A DNA stretch of 64,000 nt from Candidatus Entotheonellaceae bacterium (lineage in GTDB: Bacteria > Tectomicrobia > Entotheonellia > Entotheonellales > Entotheonellaceae). Position numbers and translations under genes: made by a program. Below, piece after piece: positions 22,257 to 32,530 of this stretch. The notes beneath the pieces were generated by a model. It saw nothing but the letters and a program-made list of their open reading frames with translations. It was not told the origin of the DNA and searched no databases. The stretch covers positions 832,001 through 896,000 of the forward strand of contig OZ250173.1 in the NCBI GenBank assembly GCA_965238075.1, given 5' to 3'. The first letter of the stretch is position 1, and each line of letters begins with the position of its first letter.

Positions 22257-22778
22257 ATGCGCCGTTACGCCGTCTATGGCGGCAGCTTCGATCCGATACA
22301 CGCCGGGCACGTATCCATGATCCGGCGAGCCGTCGAGCTCGACTACCACGTCATCATCGTGCCGGCCTTCCGCCACGCCTTCGGCAAGCAGTCCGCGCCC
22401 TTTGCGCACCGGGTTCGCATGTGCCGCCTGGCCCTCGACGCCCTGTTGCAAGCCCGCGTCTGCGACGTCGAACGCCGCCTGGCCACCGACGACGGCAAAC
22501 CGGTCTACACCTACGACGTCCTCCGCTACCTCCAGCAGCGGCTTCCCCTGCCCTCCTCCCTTCTCGTCGGCCCCGACATCGCCGCCGAATGGCACCGCTG
22601 GCACCGCCACACCGACATCGACCGGGAGTTCGGCCGCCTCAGCCTGCGCGCCACCCACGCGGTCCGCAGCAGCGACATCCGCCAGCAGCTCCGGCAAGGC
22701 GCCCCGCCCGCTTCACTCGGCGGGATGCTTCCCGAGGCAGTGGCTGATTACATCGCGGAGCAGGGGCTGTATCGATAA
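22257..22778 (+). CDS. nadD: Nicotinate-nucleotide adenylyltransferase
   Basis: YGGSFDPIHAGH, YTYDVL, VGPD, SSDIRQ. Confidence 0.85.
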   Translation: MRRYAVYGGSFDPIHAGHVSMIRRAVELDYHVIIVPAFRHAFGKQSAPFAHRVRMCRLALDALLQARVCDVERRLATDDGKPVYTYDVLRYLQQRLPLPSSLLVGPDIAAEWHRWHRHTDIDREFGRLSLRATHAVRSSDIRQQLRQGAPPASLGGMLPEAVADYIAEQGLYR

Positions 22779-22973
22779 GTGAAGCGCGCATCACGTTCGT
22801 CAGGGACGACAGGAGAAGATCGTGCCGCCAAGCGATCGTCAAGCTCAAAGGCCAAGAGATCCCGGTTCCCCTGAAGCGTCTTGGCGACGAATCTGATGGA
22901 CGCCAATACTGCTCTATCGGCACGCTGGAGGGTCATGGATTCTAAAAAGTGATCATGTAGAATATTATGGGGT

Positions 22974-23002
22974 TTGACAGCACTTCCTATAGAGACTATT
23001 TT
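22974..23002 (+). promoter_or_regulatory. Putative sigma70 promoter of vapBC (probably leaderless)
   Basis: TTGACA-17 nt-TATTTT, ATG 6 nt downstream, no SD sequence. Confidence 0.5.
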
Positions 23003-23008
23003 GTAAGC

Positions 23009-23212
23009 ATGAAAACTACTATTGATATTCCCGACCACGAACTTGAGGATGCTATCCGATTCACGAACGCGAAGACCAAACGCGATGCCATCGTCGGCGC
23101 CGTCGCCGACTTCAATCGCCGCATGCGCATGTCGGAACTCACCAAATACGCCGGCACCTGCGCCAACCTGATCACGCCGCAGGAACTTCAGGCTGCGCGC
23201 CGCCAGGGCTGA
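23009..23212 (+). CDS. vapB: VapB-type antitoxin
   Basis: MKTTIDIPDHELEDAIRFTNAKTKRDAI, an RHH-like start, directly upstream of a PIN gene. Confidence 0.85.
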   Translation: MKTTIDIPDHELEDAIRFTNAKTKRDAIVGAVADFNRRMRMSELTKYAGTCANLITPQELQAARRQG

Positions 23213-23216
23213 GCCA

Positions 23217-23600
23217 GTGATTCTTGTCGATACGTCGTCCTGGATACACATGCTTCGACCGAGCGGCGACCCGATGGTCCGCGCCCGTGTCGAGGCCGCG
23301 CTGACCGCCGGGCAAGCCTGTTGGTGTCCGTTGGTGCAACTCGAACTCTGGAACGGCGCCCGCGGCCAGCAGGAACGGAAGGTTCTGCTGGATTTCGCCC
23401 GCACCCTGCCGGAGCTTCCTATCGACGATCAAGTCTGGGCAGGGGCGTACGATCTGGCCCGTCAGGCGCGAGTCCAAGGTGTGACCATTCCGGCGACCGA
23501 TGTGGTCATTGCCGCCTGCGCCCGCCGCCACGGCGCCAGACTCGAATCCGCCGACACGGACTTCGACCTCCTGGCAACCCTTGGCAAACCAACTGCATAG
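23217..23600 (+). CDS. vapC: VapC PIN-domain toxin
   Basis: ILVDTSSWI, LELW, TDVVIAACA, SADTDF. Confidence 0.92.
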   Translation: MILVDTSSWIHMLRPSGDPMVRARVEAALTAGQACWCPLVQLELWNGARGQQERKVLLDFARTLPELPIDDQVWAGAYDLARQARVQGVTIPATDVVIAACARRHGARLESADTDFDLLATLGKPTA

Positions 23601-23764
23601 TCGACCGCTTTTGGGCGAGAAAACCCCGCAATCGTCATCTGCGAGACCCGGACGAGCAACCCATGCGGATGAAGGCGAATACAGAAGCCGGTCTATTCTC
23701 TCCCGGGATCAATGCGCATCGAAGTGGCTCGCAGGTCCGCGTCTCGAGGTTGAGACGTCCGGTC

Positions 23765-24268
23765 TCACCCCGGGAACTGCCACACCGGCCCCGCGGGCGG
23801 CTCGTCGATCAGGCGGAATTGCGGCAGTGACAAGTCGGGCGACAGGTCCTGGAAGACGACGTCCACGCGCTTGCCGATGGCGACGTTGGCTTCGGCTTCG
23901 GGCTGGAGTTGGTCATCCACGAGGTTGGCGATGAGGCGGAGGCCGTCCTGAGGGGTGGGAGCGCCGCGTTGTTCGTCGAGTTCGACGATGATGACGGGAT
24001 AGGGGGTGAAATCGCGGAAGCCGGGCTGGATGGCGTGGGCGATGATTTCGTAGGAGTAGATGATGCCCTTGCCGCTCACCTCTTGCCACGTCCAGTCCAG
24101 TGAGGTGCACCAGGGGCAGCCGGAGCCAGGCGGGAAGCGCAGCAGGCCGCAGGCGGTGCACCTCTTTACCACCAGTCGGTGTTCCCGGGCGGCCTCGAAG
24201 TAGCCGCCAAATTCGCTGTCGTTGTCGGGGACCATCAGGAGCATTCCACGGTATTCGACTTGCGGCAT
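23765..24268 (-). CDS. DUF35 Zn-ribbon/OB-fold protein (ChsH2-like)
   Basis: CTACG...CPWC, SGKGIIYSY, PYPVIIVELDE. Confidence 0.9.
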   Translation of the reverse strand: MPQVEYRGMLLMVPDNDSEFGGYFEAAREHRLVVKRCTACGLLRFPPGSGCPWCTSLDWTWQEVSGKGIIYSYEIIAHAIQPGFRDFTPYPVIIVELDEQRGAPTPQDGLRLIANLVDDQLQPEAEANVAIGKRVDVVFQDLSPDLSLPQFRLIDEPPAGPVWQFPG

Positions 24269-24273
24269 GGTGC

Positions 24274-25488
24274 CTACCTCCGCAGGATGAGGGCGCTTCC
24301 CGTTACCGGGTTGGCCCATCCCAGGTTCATGGAAATTTCAGCCTCGCGCACTTGGCGGCAGCCGCCTTCGGCGTAATCATGACTGTGGACGCCGTCCTGC
24401 CACTGCGGGCACGAATCGTCCGCCTGGCCGCGCAACTGCCGCACGTTCTCGATCACCATGCTCATGCCGTGTGTGTAACCCTCGCACAGGTGCCCGCCGC
24501 TGGTGTTGTTCGGGCGCTTGCCGCCCAACTCGATCATGCCGCTCGATACGTAATCGCCGCCTTCTCCCTTGCGACAAAAGCCATAGTCCTCCAGTTGCAG
24601 CATCGTCGTGAACGTAAAAGCGTCGTACGAGCCGGTCACGTGCACGTCCTCGGGGCCGACGCCGGCCATACCGAAGACCCGCTCGGCGGCGTACTTGCCG
24701 GCCACGTCGGTAATCGGCGCGTCGTTGTAGAAGGTGTCGCCACGCTTCTTGGTGACGCGCCCGACCACGCCCATGACGCAGACTGGCCGTTGCCGCAAAT
24801 CCGCCGCGCGCTCCGCCGAGGTGACGATCAGGGCCGTGGCGTTGTCCGTCTCCACGCAGCAATCGAGCAGGTGCAGCGGCTTGCAGATCCAGCGCGAGTT
24901 CAGCACGTCCTCGACCGTATAGCGCTTGCGGTAATACGCCTTCGGGTTGTTGCTGGCGTGCTTGCTGTGCGCCACCTTCACCGCCGCCACCTGGGCGCTG
25001 GTGGTGCCGTACTCCATCATGTGGCGCATGAACACCGGGGCGAAATTCTGCCCGGCGCTCACCATGCCGTACGGGCGGCTTAGCAACTGGCTGCCCGCCA
25101 CCGGCGTCGCCGCCCGTCGTCCGGTGCCGCCGATGCGCACCTCGCTGTAGCCGTTCATCGACCTGAAAATCGCCACCGTTTCACACATCCCCACCTCGAT
25201 GGCGCCGCTGGCCAGGCCCACCAGTGCCTCGGTGCTCGAGCCGCCGCCGGAGCAGTCCATGTAGAAGTCCGGGCGGATGCCCAAGTCGGCGGCAATCTCC
25301 GGACCCGCGGTCGAATCGCCGCCGTGATAGCTCAGCACGCCGTTCACCTGATCGGCGCCCAAGCCGGCGTCGCGCATGGCGTTGCGAATCGCCTCGGCGC
25401 CCATGGCGCGCGTCGTCTTGCCGGAATTCTTGGAGTACGACGTTTCGCCAACGCCGACGATGCAGTACTTGTCTGTCAGGCGACCCAT
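24274..25488 (-). CDS. Thiolase-fold protein (SCP-x/Ltp2-like)
   Basis: IVGVGET, HASNNPKA, PLHLLDCC, YDAFT, NTSGGHLCEGY; paired with DUF35. Confidence 0.9.
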   Translation of the reverse strand: MGRLTDKYCIVGVGETSYSKNSGKTTRAMGAEAIRNAMRDAGLGADQVNGVLSYHGGDSTAGPEIAADLGIRPDFYMDCSGGGSSTEALVGLASGAIEVGMCETVAIFRSMNGYSEVRIGGTGRRAATPVAGSQLLSRPYGMVSAGQNFAPVFMRHMMEYGTTSAQVAAVKVAHSKHASNNPKAYYRKRYTVEDVLNSRWICKPLHLLDCCVETDNATALIVTSAERAADLRQRPVCVMGVVGRVTKKRGDTFYNDAPITDVAGKYAAERVFGMAGVGPEDVHVTGSYDAFTFTTMLQLEDYGFCRKGEGGDYVSSGMIELGGKRPNNTSGGHLCEGYTHGMSMVIENVRQLRGQADDSCPQWQDGVHSHDYAEGGCRQVREAEISMNLGWANPVTGSALILRR

Positions 25489-25506
25489 GATTTGTTCTCC
25501 GCGCCG

Positions 25507-25788
25507 CTACAGCAGCTTGTCGTAAAAGGTCAGCACCGACGGCCCCTCCAACAGGTCGCGCAGGTCGATGCCCATTTCCTTAAGGTGGGCGCGGTGCGAT
25601 TCCAGCGCCTCGGCGTCCTCGTATTCCTCATAGACCATGAAAACGCGCGGGTTGTCGGTGGAACGATGCAGCACGTAGGCGCGGTTGCCAGGTTCCTCGC
25701 GCACCTTCGGCACCACAACGTGCATGATGCGCTCGAATTCGGCCTCCTGCCCGGCTTGCACCGTCAGAACAGCGGTTAAGGTCAGCAT
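25507..25788 (-). CDS. ABM-domain (putative quinol monooxygenase) protein
   Basis: REEPGNRAYVLHRS...FMVYEEYEDAEALESH. Confidence 0.88.
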   Translation of the reverse strand: MLTLTAVLTVQAGQEAEFERIMHVVVPKVREEPGNRAYVLHRSTDNPRVFMVYEEYEDAEALESHRAHLKEMGIDLRDLLEGPSVLTFYDKLL

Positions 25789-26038
25789 GGTGTGTTTCCC
25801 GATGGCAGATATCTATCGTGATGGAATGTCGGATTACGGCTACAGCTAATCCGACCTACATGACTGATTCACGCCGAGCAAACTAAATTTGGCCCACCGC
25901 CATGTCAAGCGGCATTTCGCCGGACAACTCGACATCGCGCTTGCGCCAACGGGCGTTTTCACGCATGCTAACGCGCTCCTGACAGTGGCCGCGGTGCCCC
26001 GGCGCCGCACCGCTCGCCAAGCCAACAAGGGAGTCCCC

Positions 26039-27223
26039 ATGGCCATCGCGCAAAAGGTCCGGCAATACATGCAGGCGGCGTCCTGGATACGGGGCATGTT
26101 CGAGGAGGGCATCCGGCTCAAACAGGAACACGGGGCCGACAACGTCTACGATTTCTCACTCGGCAACCCGGTTGTCGAGCCGCCCCCCGAGTTCCACGAG
26201 GCGCTGCACCGGCTGGTCAGCCAACCCAAGCCGGGCATGCACCGCTACATGCCGAACACCGGCTACGCCGAAACACGAACCGCGGTGGCGGAACAGCTCG
26301 GGCGCGAAACCGGCATCGCCTTCACGGCCGAGCACATCACCATGGTGGTCGGTGCCGCCGGTGGCCTCAACGTGGTATTCAAGACGCTCCTGGACCCCGG
26401 CGACGAGGTGATGATCTTCTCGCCGTACTTCGTCGAATACAACTTCTACGCCGACAACCACCAAGGCGTCAGCAAGGTGGTGCCGACCGACGCGCGCTTC
26501 AATCTCGACCTGCCGGCCATCGAGGCGGCGCTGTCGGTCCGCACCAAGATCGTCCTCATCAATTCGCCCAACAATCCCTCCGGCGTCATGTACGACGCGG
26601 CCACCGTTGAGGCCCTGGGCGACCTGCTGCGCCGCAAGCAGTCGGAATTCGGCACGCAGATTTATCTGGTCAGCGACGAGCCCTACAAGAAGTTGCTGTA
26701 CGACGGCCTGACCTACCCGGAGGTCCATGCCCACTTCGCCAACAGCATTGCGGTGACCTCGCACGCCAAGGACTTGGCGTTGCCCGGCGAGCGGATCGGC
26801 CACATCGCCGTCAACCCCGCCTGCGCCGGCCTGGAAGAACTCCTGGAGGGCCTGAACTTCGCCAACCGCACCCTGGGGTTCGTCAACGCCCCGGCGCTCA
26901 TGCAGCACGTGGTGCGGGAACTGCAGGGCGTCACCATCGACATGCGGCAATACGAGCGCAAGCGCGCCCTGATGTGCGACGCACTGGCGGCCATGGGGTA
27001 CGAGTTCGTCAGGCCGCAGGGGGCGTTCTACCTGTTTCCGCGCTCGCCCATCGAGGATGACACGGCGTTTGTCAACATGCTGCTGCAGCGGCGCATTCTC
27101 GCCGTGCCCGGACGCGGTTTCGGCACGCCGGGCTATTTCCGTCTGGCCTACTGTGTGGAAGACCGCACCATCGTGAATGCCCTGCCGGGCTTCAAGGAAA
27201 CGCTCGAAACCTGCCGCGGCTGA
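26039..27223 (+). CDS. PLP-dependent aminotransferase class I/II (aspartate aminotransferase-like)
   Basis: FSLGNP, INSPNNPSG, SDEPY, SHAKDLALPGERIG. Confidence 0.93.
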   Translation: MAIAQKVRQYMQAASWIRGMFEEGIRLKQEHGADNVYDFSLGNPVVEPPPEFHEALHRLVSQPKPGMHRYMPNTGYAETRTAVAEQLGRETGIAFTAEHITMVVGAAGGLNVVFKTLLDPGDEVMIFSPYFVEYNFYADNHQGVSKVVPTDARFNLDLPAIEAALSVRTKIVLINSPNNPSGVMYDAATVEALGDLLRRKQSEFGTQIYLVSDEPYKKLLYDGLTYPEVHAHFANSIAVTSHAKDLALPGERIGHIAVNPACAGLEELLEGLNFANRTLGFVNAPALMQHVVRELQGVTIDMRQYERKRALMCDALAAMGYEFVRPQGAFYLFPRSPIEDDTAFVNMLLQRRILAVPGRGFGTPGYFRLAYCVEDRTIVNALPGFKETLETCRG

Positions 27224-27269
27224 GCCGACGCCTCGGCACGACCCTGCCCTTTCCGCCATGGGGATGCCC

Positions 27270-28064
27270 ATGCTGCTCACCATCGACGTCAGCAACACCA
27301 CCATCAAGGCCGGCGTGTTTCGCGGTGATGCCCTGTTGGCCGATTGGCGCTTTGCCACGGAGCGGCAAAGACTCGCCGACGAGTACGCCATCCTGCTGCT
27401 GAACCTCTTCCGCGCCAGTGACATCACCGTGGAGGACATTCGCGGCGTGTCGATTTCCTGCGTCGTGCCGCCGCTGCGCGCGGTCTTCGATCAATTGTCG
27501 CGCCAGTACCTGCGCGTCGAACCGCTGATGGTCGGGCCGCACACCCGCAGCGGCGTGACGCTGTCGGTCGACAACCCCAGCGAGGTCGGCGCCGACCGCG
27601 TGGTGAACGCCGCGGCAACGCATCATTTATACGGCGGCCCGGCCATCGCCATCGCCTTCGGCACCGCTACCGTGTTCGACTGCGTATCGGCGCGCGGCGA
27701 ATACCTCGGCGGCGCCATCGCCCCTGGCATCGTGACGGCGCTGGAATCGCTGACCCGCTCGGCAGCGCAGTTGTACCAAGTGGAGCTTGTCCGCCCGCCG
27801 CACGCCATCGGCACCAATACCGTGCACACCATGCAGTCCGGTCTCATCCTCGGATACGCGGCGCTGGTCGAAGGGCTGGTGGCGCGGCTGAAGGCCGAAA
27901 TGACGCCCGCGGAGGAGGATCAGCAGGCAGTAAAAGTCATCGCCACCGGCGGCCTGGTGGAGGTTATTACGCCGGAAACCAAGGCCATCGATGTGATTGA
28001 TCCGTTGTTGACCCTCAAGGGGCTGCGGTTGATTCATGAACTCAATGGCTTCAGGGATTCGTGA
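27270..28064 (+). CDS. coaX: Type III pantothenate kinase
   Basis: LTIDVSNT, SCVVP, EVGADR, FGTAT, GGAIAPG, IATGG. Confidence 0.94.
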   Translation: MLLTIDVSNTTIKAGVFRGDALLADWRFATERQRLADEYAILLLNLFRASDITVEDIRGVSISCVVPPLRAVFDQLSRQYLRVEPLMVGPHTRSGVTLSVDNPSEVGADRVVNAAATHHLYGGPAIAIAFGTATVFDCVSARGEYLGGAIAPGIVTALESLTRSAAQLYQVELVRPPHAIGTNTVHTMQSGLILGYAALVEGLVARLKAEMTPAEEDQQAVKVIATGGLVEVITPETKAIDVIDPLLTLKGLRLIHELNGFRDS

Positions 28065-28140
28065 AGCGGCATCTGGGATCGGGTTTGTGAATAATCCTCC
28101 ACCCCATGCCTGGGAGCGCGGGCTACCAGCCCGCAAAACC

Positions 28141-28206
28141 AGTGGCAAGTGGCTAGTGGTCAGTGAAACCAAGGGCTTGGCCGCCGGACACTGGCTACCA
28201 GCCACT
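28141..28206. repeat. Heptamer hairpin (AGTGGCA AGTGGCT AGTGGTC ... GGACACT GGCTACC AGCCACT)
   Basis: Tandem 7-mers followed by degenerate reverse complements. Confidence 0.65.
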
Positions 28207-30341
28207 GCCCTTTCGCTATTCACAAACATGCTCTCAGGCTAACCCCATGCGCCTATCCTGGAACGAGGTTCGCGTCCGTGCCGCCGCCTTCGCCGACAAG
28301 TGGCGGCAGGCGGCCTACGAGAAGGGCGAGACGTAGAGCTTCTACAACGACTTCTTCCAGATATTCGGAGTCGAGCGCCGCACCGTCGCACGCTATGAGG
28401 CGCACGTGGCAAAGCTGGACAGCCGGCGGGGGTTCATCGACTTGTTCTGGCCCGGCGTCCTGATCGTCGAGCAGAAGAGCGCCGGGGGCGACCTCACCCG
28501 CGCCTACGAGCAGGCCGGAGACTGCGTCGACGCTTTGCCCGAGAACCAGCGCCCTCGCTATATCCTGGTCAGCGACTTCCAGACCTTCGAGCTTCACGAT
28601 CTCGACGAACGAGACACCGCCGCCTTTGCGCTCGCCGACCTACACGCCCACGTCGAGAAGTTCGGCTTCATCCTCGGCGTGCAGCGCCGCACCTTCCGTG
28701 ACCAGGACCCCGCCAACATCAAAGCCGCCGAGCTGATGGGACTGCTGCACGACGCGCTCGCCGCCTCGGGCTACCAGGGCACGACCTGGAACGCTTCCTG
28801 GTGCGCATCGTCTTCTGCCTGTTCGCCGACGACACCGGCATCTTCGAGCCGCGCGACATCTTCCTCGACTTCATCGAAACCCGCACCAGCGAGGACGGAT
28901 CGGATACCGGCTCGCGTCTGGCCGAATTGTTCCAGGTGCTGAACACCCCGGAAGCCGAGCACCAGACAACCCGCGACGAAGACCTCGCCCGCTTCCCCTA
29001 CGTCAACGGCGCCCTGTTCGACGAGCCGTTGCCCATCGCGTTCTTCGACGCAGCCATGCGGGCGGCGCTGCTCAACGCTTGCCGCTTCGACTGGTCGAAC
29101 ATCTCGCCGGCCATTTTCGGGGCGCTGTTCCAATCGGTCATGGAGCCGGCGGAGCGCCGCGCTCAAGGCCCCCATTACACCACCGAACAGAACATCCTGA
29201 AGGTCATTGAGCCGCTGTTCCTGGACGACCTGCGCGCCGAATTCGCGCGCCTGAAGTCCCGCCGCGACAACCGCCGCCGCAACGATCTGCTGAGATTCCA
29301 GGAGAAGCTGGGCCAACTGCGGTTCCTCGACCCGGCCTGCGGCTGCGGCAACTTCCTCATCATCGCCTACCGCGAACTGCGCCTGCTCGAGATCGACATC
29401 CTTCGAGAGCTTCGCGCCGTGGCGTACTTGTCCCGCGTTGACGTGGATCAGTTCTACGGCATCGAGCTCGGCGAGTTCCCGGCCCGCATCGCGGAAACCG
29501 CGCTGTGGATCATGGACCACGTCATGAACAACCGCTTCAGCCTGGAGTTCGGGCGGCTCTACCGGCGCATCCCCTTGCAGAAGGCGCCGCACGTCGTCCA
29601 CGGCAACGCCCTGGAAATCGACTGGTCGGAGGTCCTGCCGGCGGAACAGTGCGACTACGTGCTGGGCAATCCGCCCTTCGTCGGCGCCAAGTACCAGACG
29701 GCGGCGCAGCGCGCGCAGGTGCGCCGCATCGCGGGTCTGGGCGGCAGCGGCGGCACGCTGGATTACGTTTCGGCCTGGCTCATCAAGGCGGGGACCTACG
29801 TAACGGGTGGGACCCGGATCGGCTTTGTGGCGACCAATTCGACGACGCAGGGAGAGCAGGTCGGGCAACTGTGGCCGATCCTGTTTGACCGCTGCGGGCT
29901 GGAGATTGCCTTCGCGCACCGCACCTTCGCTTGGGGATCGGACGTGCGCGGCAAGGCGCACGTGCACGTCGTCATCCTCGGTCTGGACCGGCGGGCCAAC
30001 ACGCGGGACGCGAAACGGCTGTTTTCGTATCCCGACCTCAACGGCGACCCGGAAGAGACGCGCCACGCGGCGCTGTCGCCGTATCTGTTCGATGCCGGCG
30101 GCCTGTCCGACCCGCACCTGACGGTGCACGAGGCAAGTGGGCCGATCAACGGATTGGTCCAATTGCTCACTGGCTCGCAACCCATCGACGACGGGCAATA
30201 CATTTTCAATGCCGGGGAACGGGCCGCGTTCCTGGAAACAGAGCCGGACGCCGCATCTTTGCTGCGCCCCTTTGTCGGCGCCCGCGAATACCTGCAGGGC
30301 GGCGAACGCTGGATTCTCGCCCTGCATGACGCGGCGCCGGA

Positions 30342-30501
30342 GGTGCTGGCGCGATTGCCGCGCGTGCGGGAACGCATCGGCGGCCGCGACGGTGGCCAGC
30401 CGGGTGCTGGGGCGATTGCCGCGCGTGCGGGAACGCATCGGCGGCCGCGACGGTGGGCCAGCCGGGTGCTGGGGCGATTGCCGCGCGTGCGGGAACGCAT
30501 C
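30342..30501 (+). repeat. Three copies of a 37-bp unit with near-identical 24/25-bp linkers
   Basis: GGTGCTGG(C/G)GCGATTGCCGCGCGTGCGGGAACGCATC at 30342, 30403 and 30465. Confidence 0.9.
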
Positions 30502-30851
30502 ACCACCGTTCGCGCATATCGGCAGGCAAGCAAACGCAAGTCCACACTGAAGCTAGCCGATACGCCCACGCTCTGGCAGGTGAACGTGGTTCCTACCGCG
30601 CCGTTCCTGGTTATTCCCGAAGTTAGTTCCGAGCGGCGGGATTACGTGCCCATCGGCTGGCTGGAGCCGCCGACGATTCCAAGCAACCTCGTGCGCGTTC
30701 TGGAGAACGCCACGCTGGCGGATTTTGCGCTGCTGGCTTCAGCCCTGCACATGGCCTGGCTGCGCCACGTCGGCGGACGGTTGAAGAGCGACTACCGCTA
30801 CTCCATCAGCCTCGTCTACAACACTTTTCCAACGCCGCCGGAAAGCGCTGA

Positions 30852-30876
30852 CCCCGTATCAAGTACGGGGCAGGCT
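30852..30876 (+). repeat. ~24-bp mini-hairpin CCCCG(G/T)ATCAAGT(C/A)CGGGGCAGGC; also at 36167-36191 (minus strand), 39847-39870 and 43524-43547
   Basis: Four copies found by direct comparison. Confidence 0.85.
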
Positions 30877-31466
30877 CTATCGAAGCTCCCCTCGCGCAAG
30901 CCGTGCTCGACGCCCGCGCCGCCCATCCGGGCGCAACGCTCGCCGAACTCTACGACCCCGACCTCATGCCGCCCAATATGCGCCGGGCGCACCAAGCCCT
31001 CGACCGCGCCGTGGACCGCCTCTATCGGCCCGGCGGCTTCGCCTCGGAACGCGAGCGTGTCGAGCATCTGTTCATGTTCTACGAGAAGATGCGGGCACCA
31101 CTGGAAGCGGCGAGGCAGGTGAAACCGAGACGGCGGCAGGCGAGGCGTAGTGGTATCTGAGAGGCGGACGTTCGGAATCTCGTCCACCTTATGGCGGTTT
31201 GCGTTTGCGTGTCTGGCCTATCTTATCGTGAGCCTGAAGCATGAAAATGGGACCGTCACCCCGGCGGAAGCCGGGGTCCAGGGGTTCTCGGACGCCCTAA
31301 GGTCACTGGATTCCGGCGTGCGCCGGAATGACGGCTTCGGGGGCTTTGGCCATCACGCCGGCGGCTATTTTCACGGCAAGACATCGGATGATCAGGACTG
31401 GTTTTGCCCATCGCGACGATCCCATATCGTCATACGAAAACCGCCCCAAGGCCAAATGGCAAGCAT

Positions 31467-32444
31467 TTATGGGTCCTGGGTCTGCACCTGACAGTAGTTG
31501 GCCGGCAAATTCCGGGGGTGATATTTGTTTTCCGGCCCGGCCATGCGCTCAAACACGCTTTCATGAATCCAGGCATGCTTAGGAATCTTGCGGGTTCTCT
31601 GACCCCGAAACTTCCAGAAACCCGTGAACGACCCGTGGAGTTTGTCGTGCGGGTCAGGCTGATAGCCCGCCAGCTTCTCCCTGTTGATCCGCAGACCGCA
31701 GGCAACCGCTTTGCCGATCATCCAGCGCAAGGCGATGTTGGACAAGCCGCGCTCGTCATGCCAGCCGCCTACGTCCGAATGAGCCCCGGCAAACCACACC
31801 TGCTCGATCGTCTGCCCCGCCGCAACGTTGCGCTCGTCCCACCGGCAAGGCGCAAAATCGCGGCGTTTCTCGTCGATGGCGAGGGCGTGATAGCCGTACC
31901 GAACTTCGGGATTCAGCCGGGTGTCGTGAAAGCGTTTGCCGGCGTTCATCGCCAACGACTCCACGGTATCCCAAACGCCGATGAAGTGAACCGGGCAGGG
32001 TCGGGCGAAGGCTGCGCGGAAGCCCCGCGCCACGTCGTTGTTGTCCGGTGTGTTGTAGACCTTGGAGGCGTATTCCACCAGATTTCCGGCGTCTTTGCCG
32101 AGCAGGCCGCAGGTGTAGAGCATGCCGGCCAGGGAGCGCACCGTGAACGCGCCGCGGCTGAACCCGAAGAGATAAACGGCGTCTCCGTCTTCGTGGCAAC
32201 GCATCAGGTAGCGGTAGGCATCCTCGACGTTTTTCTGCAATCCGTAGCCGGTCGCCTGATCGGCAAAGGCTGTCAGGCTTCCGCTCTCTTCGTCGTATTC
32301 CCAGCCGCCGGTGCCGACGCCCGGGTCGTAATACGCGACCTGAGAGGCGTCCTTCTCCGCCAGAACGTAGGTTTCCACCACGTTCGTGTTGTTGCGTCCG
32401 TATTCGTTGCCGGTTCCATCACAGCAGATGACGATGTTCTTCAT
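31467..32444 (-). CDS. DUF2235 alpha/beta hydrolase (Tle1-like phospholipase family)
   Basis: IVICCDGTGN, YYDPGVGT, GFSRGA, GVWDTV, HALAIDEKR, WFAGAHSDVGG. Confidence 0.92.
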   Translation of the reverse strand: MKNIVICCDGTGNEYGRNNTNVVETYVLAEKDASQVAYYDPGVGTGGWEYDEESGSLTAFADQATGYGLQKNVEDAYRYLMRCHEDGDAVYLFGFSRGAFTVRSLAGMLYTCGLLGKDAGNLVEYASKVYNTPDNNDVARGFRAAFARPCPVHFIGVWDTVESLAMNAGKRFHDTRLNPEVRYGYHALAIDEKRRDFAPCRWDERNVAAGQTIEQVWFAGAHSDVGGWHDERGLSNIALRWMIGKAVACGLRINREKLAGYQPDPHDKLHGSFTGFWKFRGQRTRKIPKHAWIHESVFERMAGPENKYHPRNLPANYCQVQTQDP

Positions 32445-32530
32445 GTCATGCTCCTCACATGTAGTATGATGCGCCCCGGAGCATAGCCGATGGGTTACGG
32501 ACACTCCACGATTCCGCCAAGGAGAACCCC

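Larger units (their letters stand above)
28247..31160 (+). pseudogene. MmeI-like (Type IIL) restriction-modification enzyme, inactivated
   Basis: MRLSWNEV...GET*SFYNDFF, IDLFWPG..EQKS, LDPACGCGNF, GNPPF, RLKSDYRYS, LAELYDP. Carries a premature TAG (~28334), frameshifts (~28780, ~30890), a tandem triplication and a hairpin insertion. Confidence 0.92.

Noticed and set aside
22779..22960. Possible gene remnant between nadD and vapB
   Set aside because: No frame gave a recognisable motif
30342..30501. CRISPR array (37-bp repeats with spacers)
   Set aside because: Spacers are near-identical, the repeat is part of the host coding sequence, and no cas genes or leader are present
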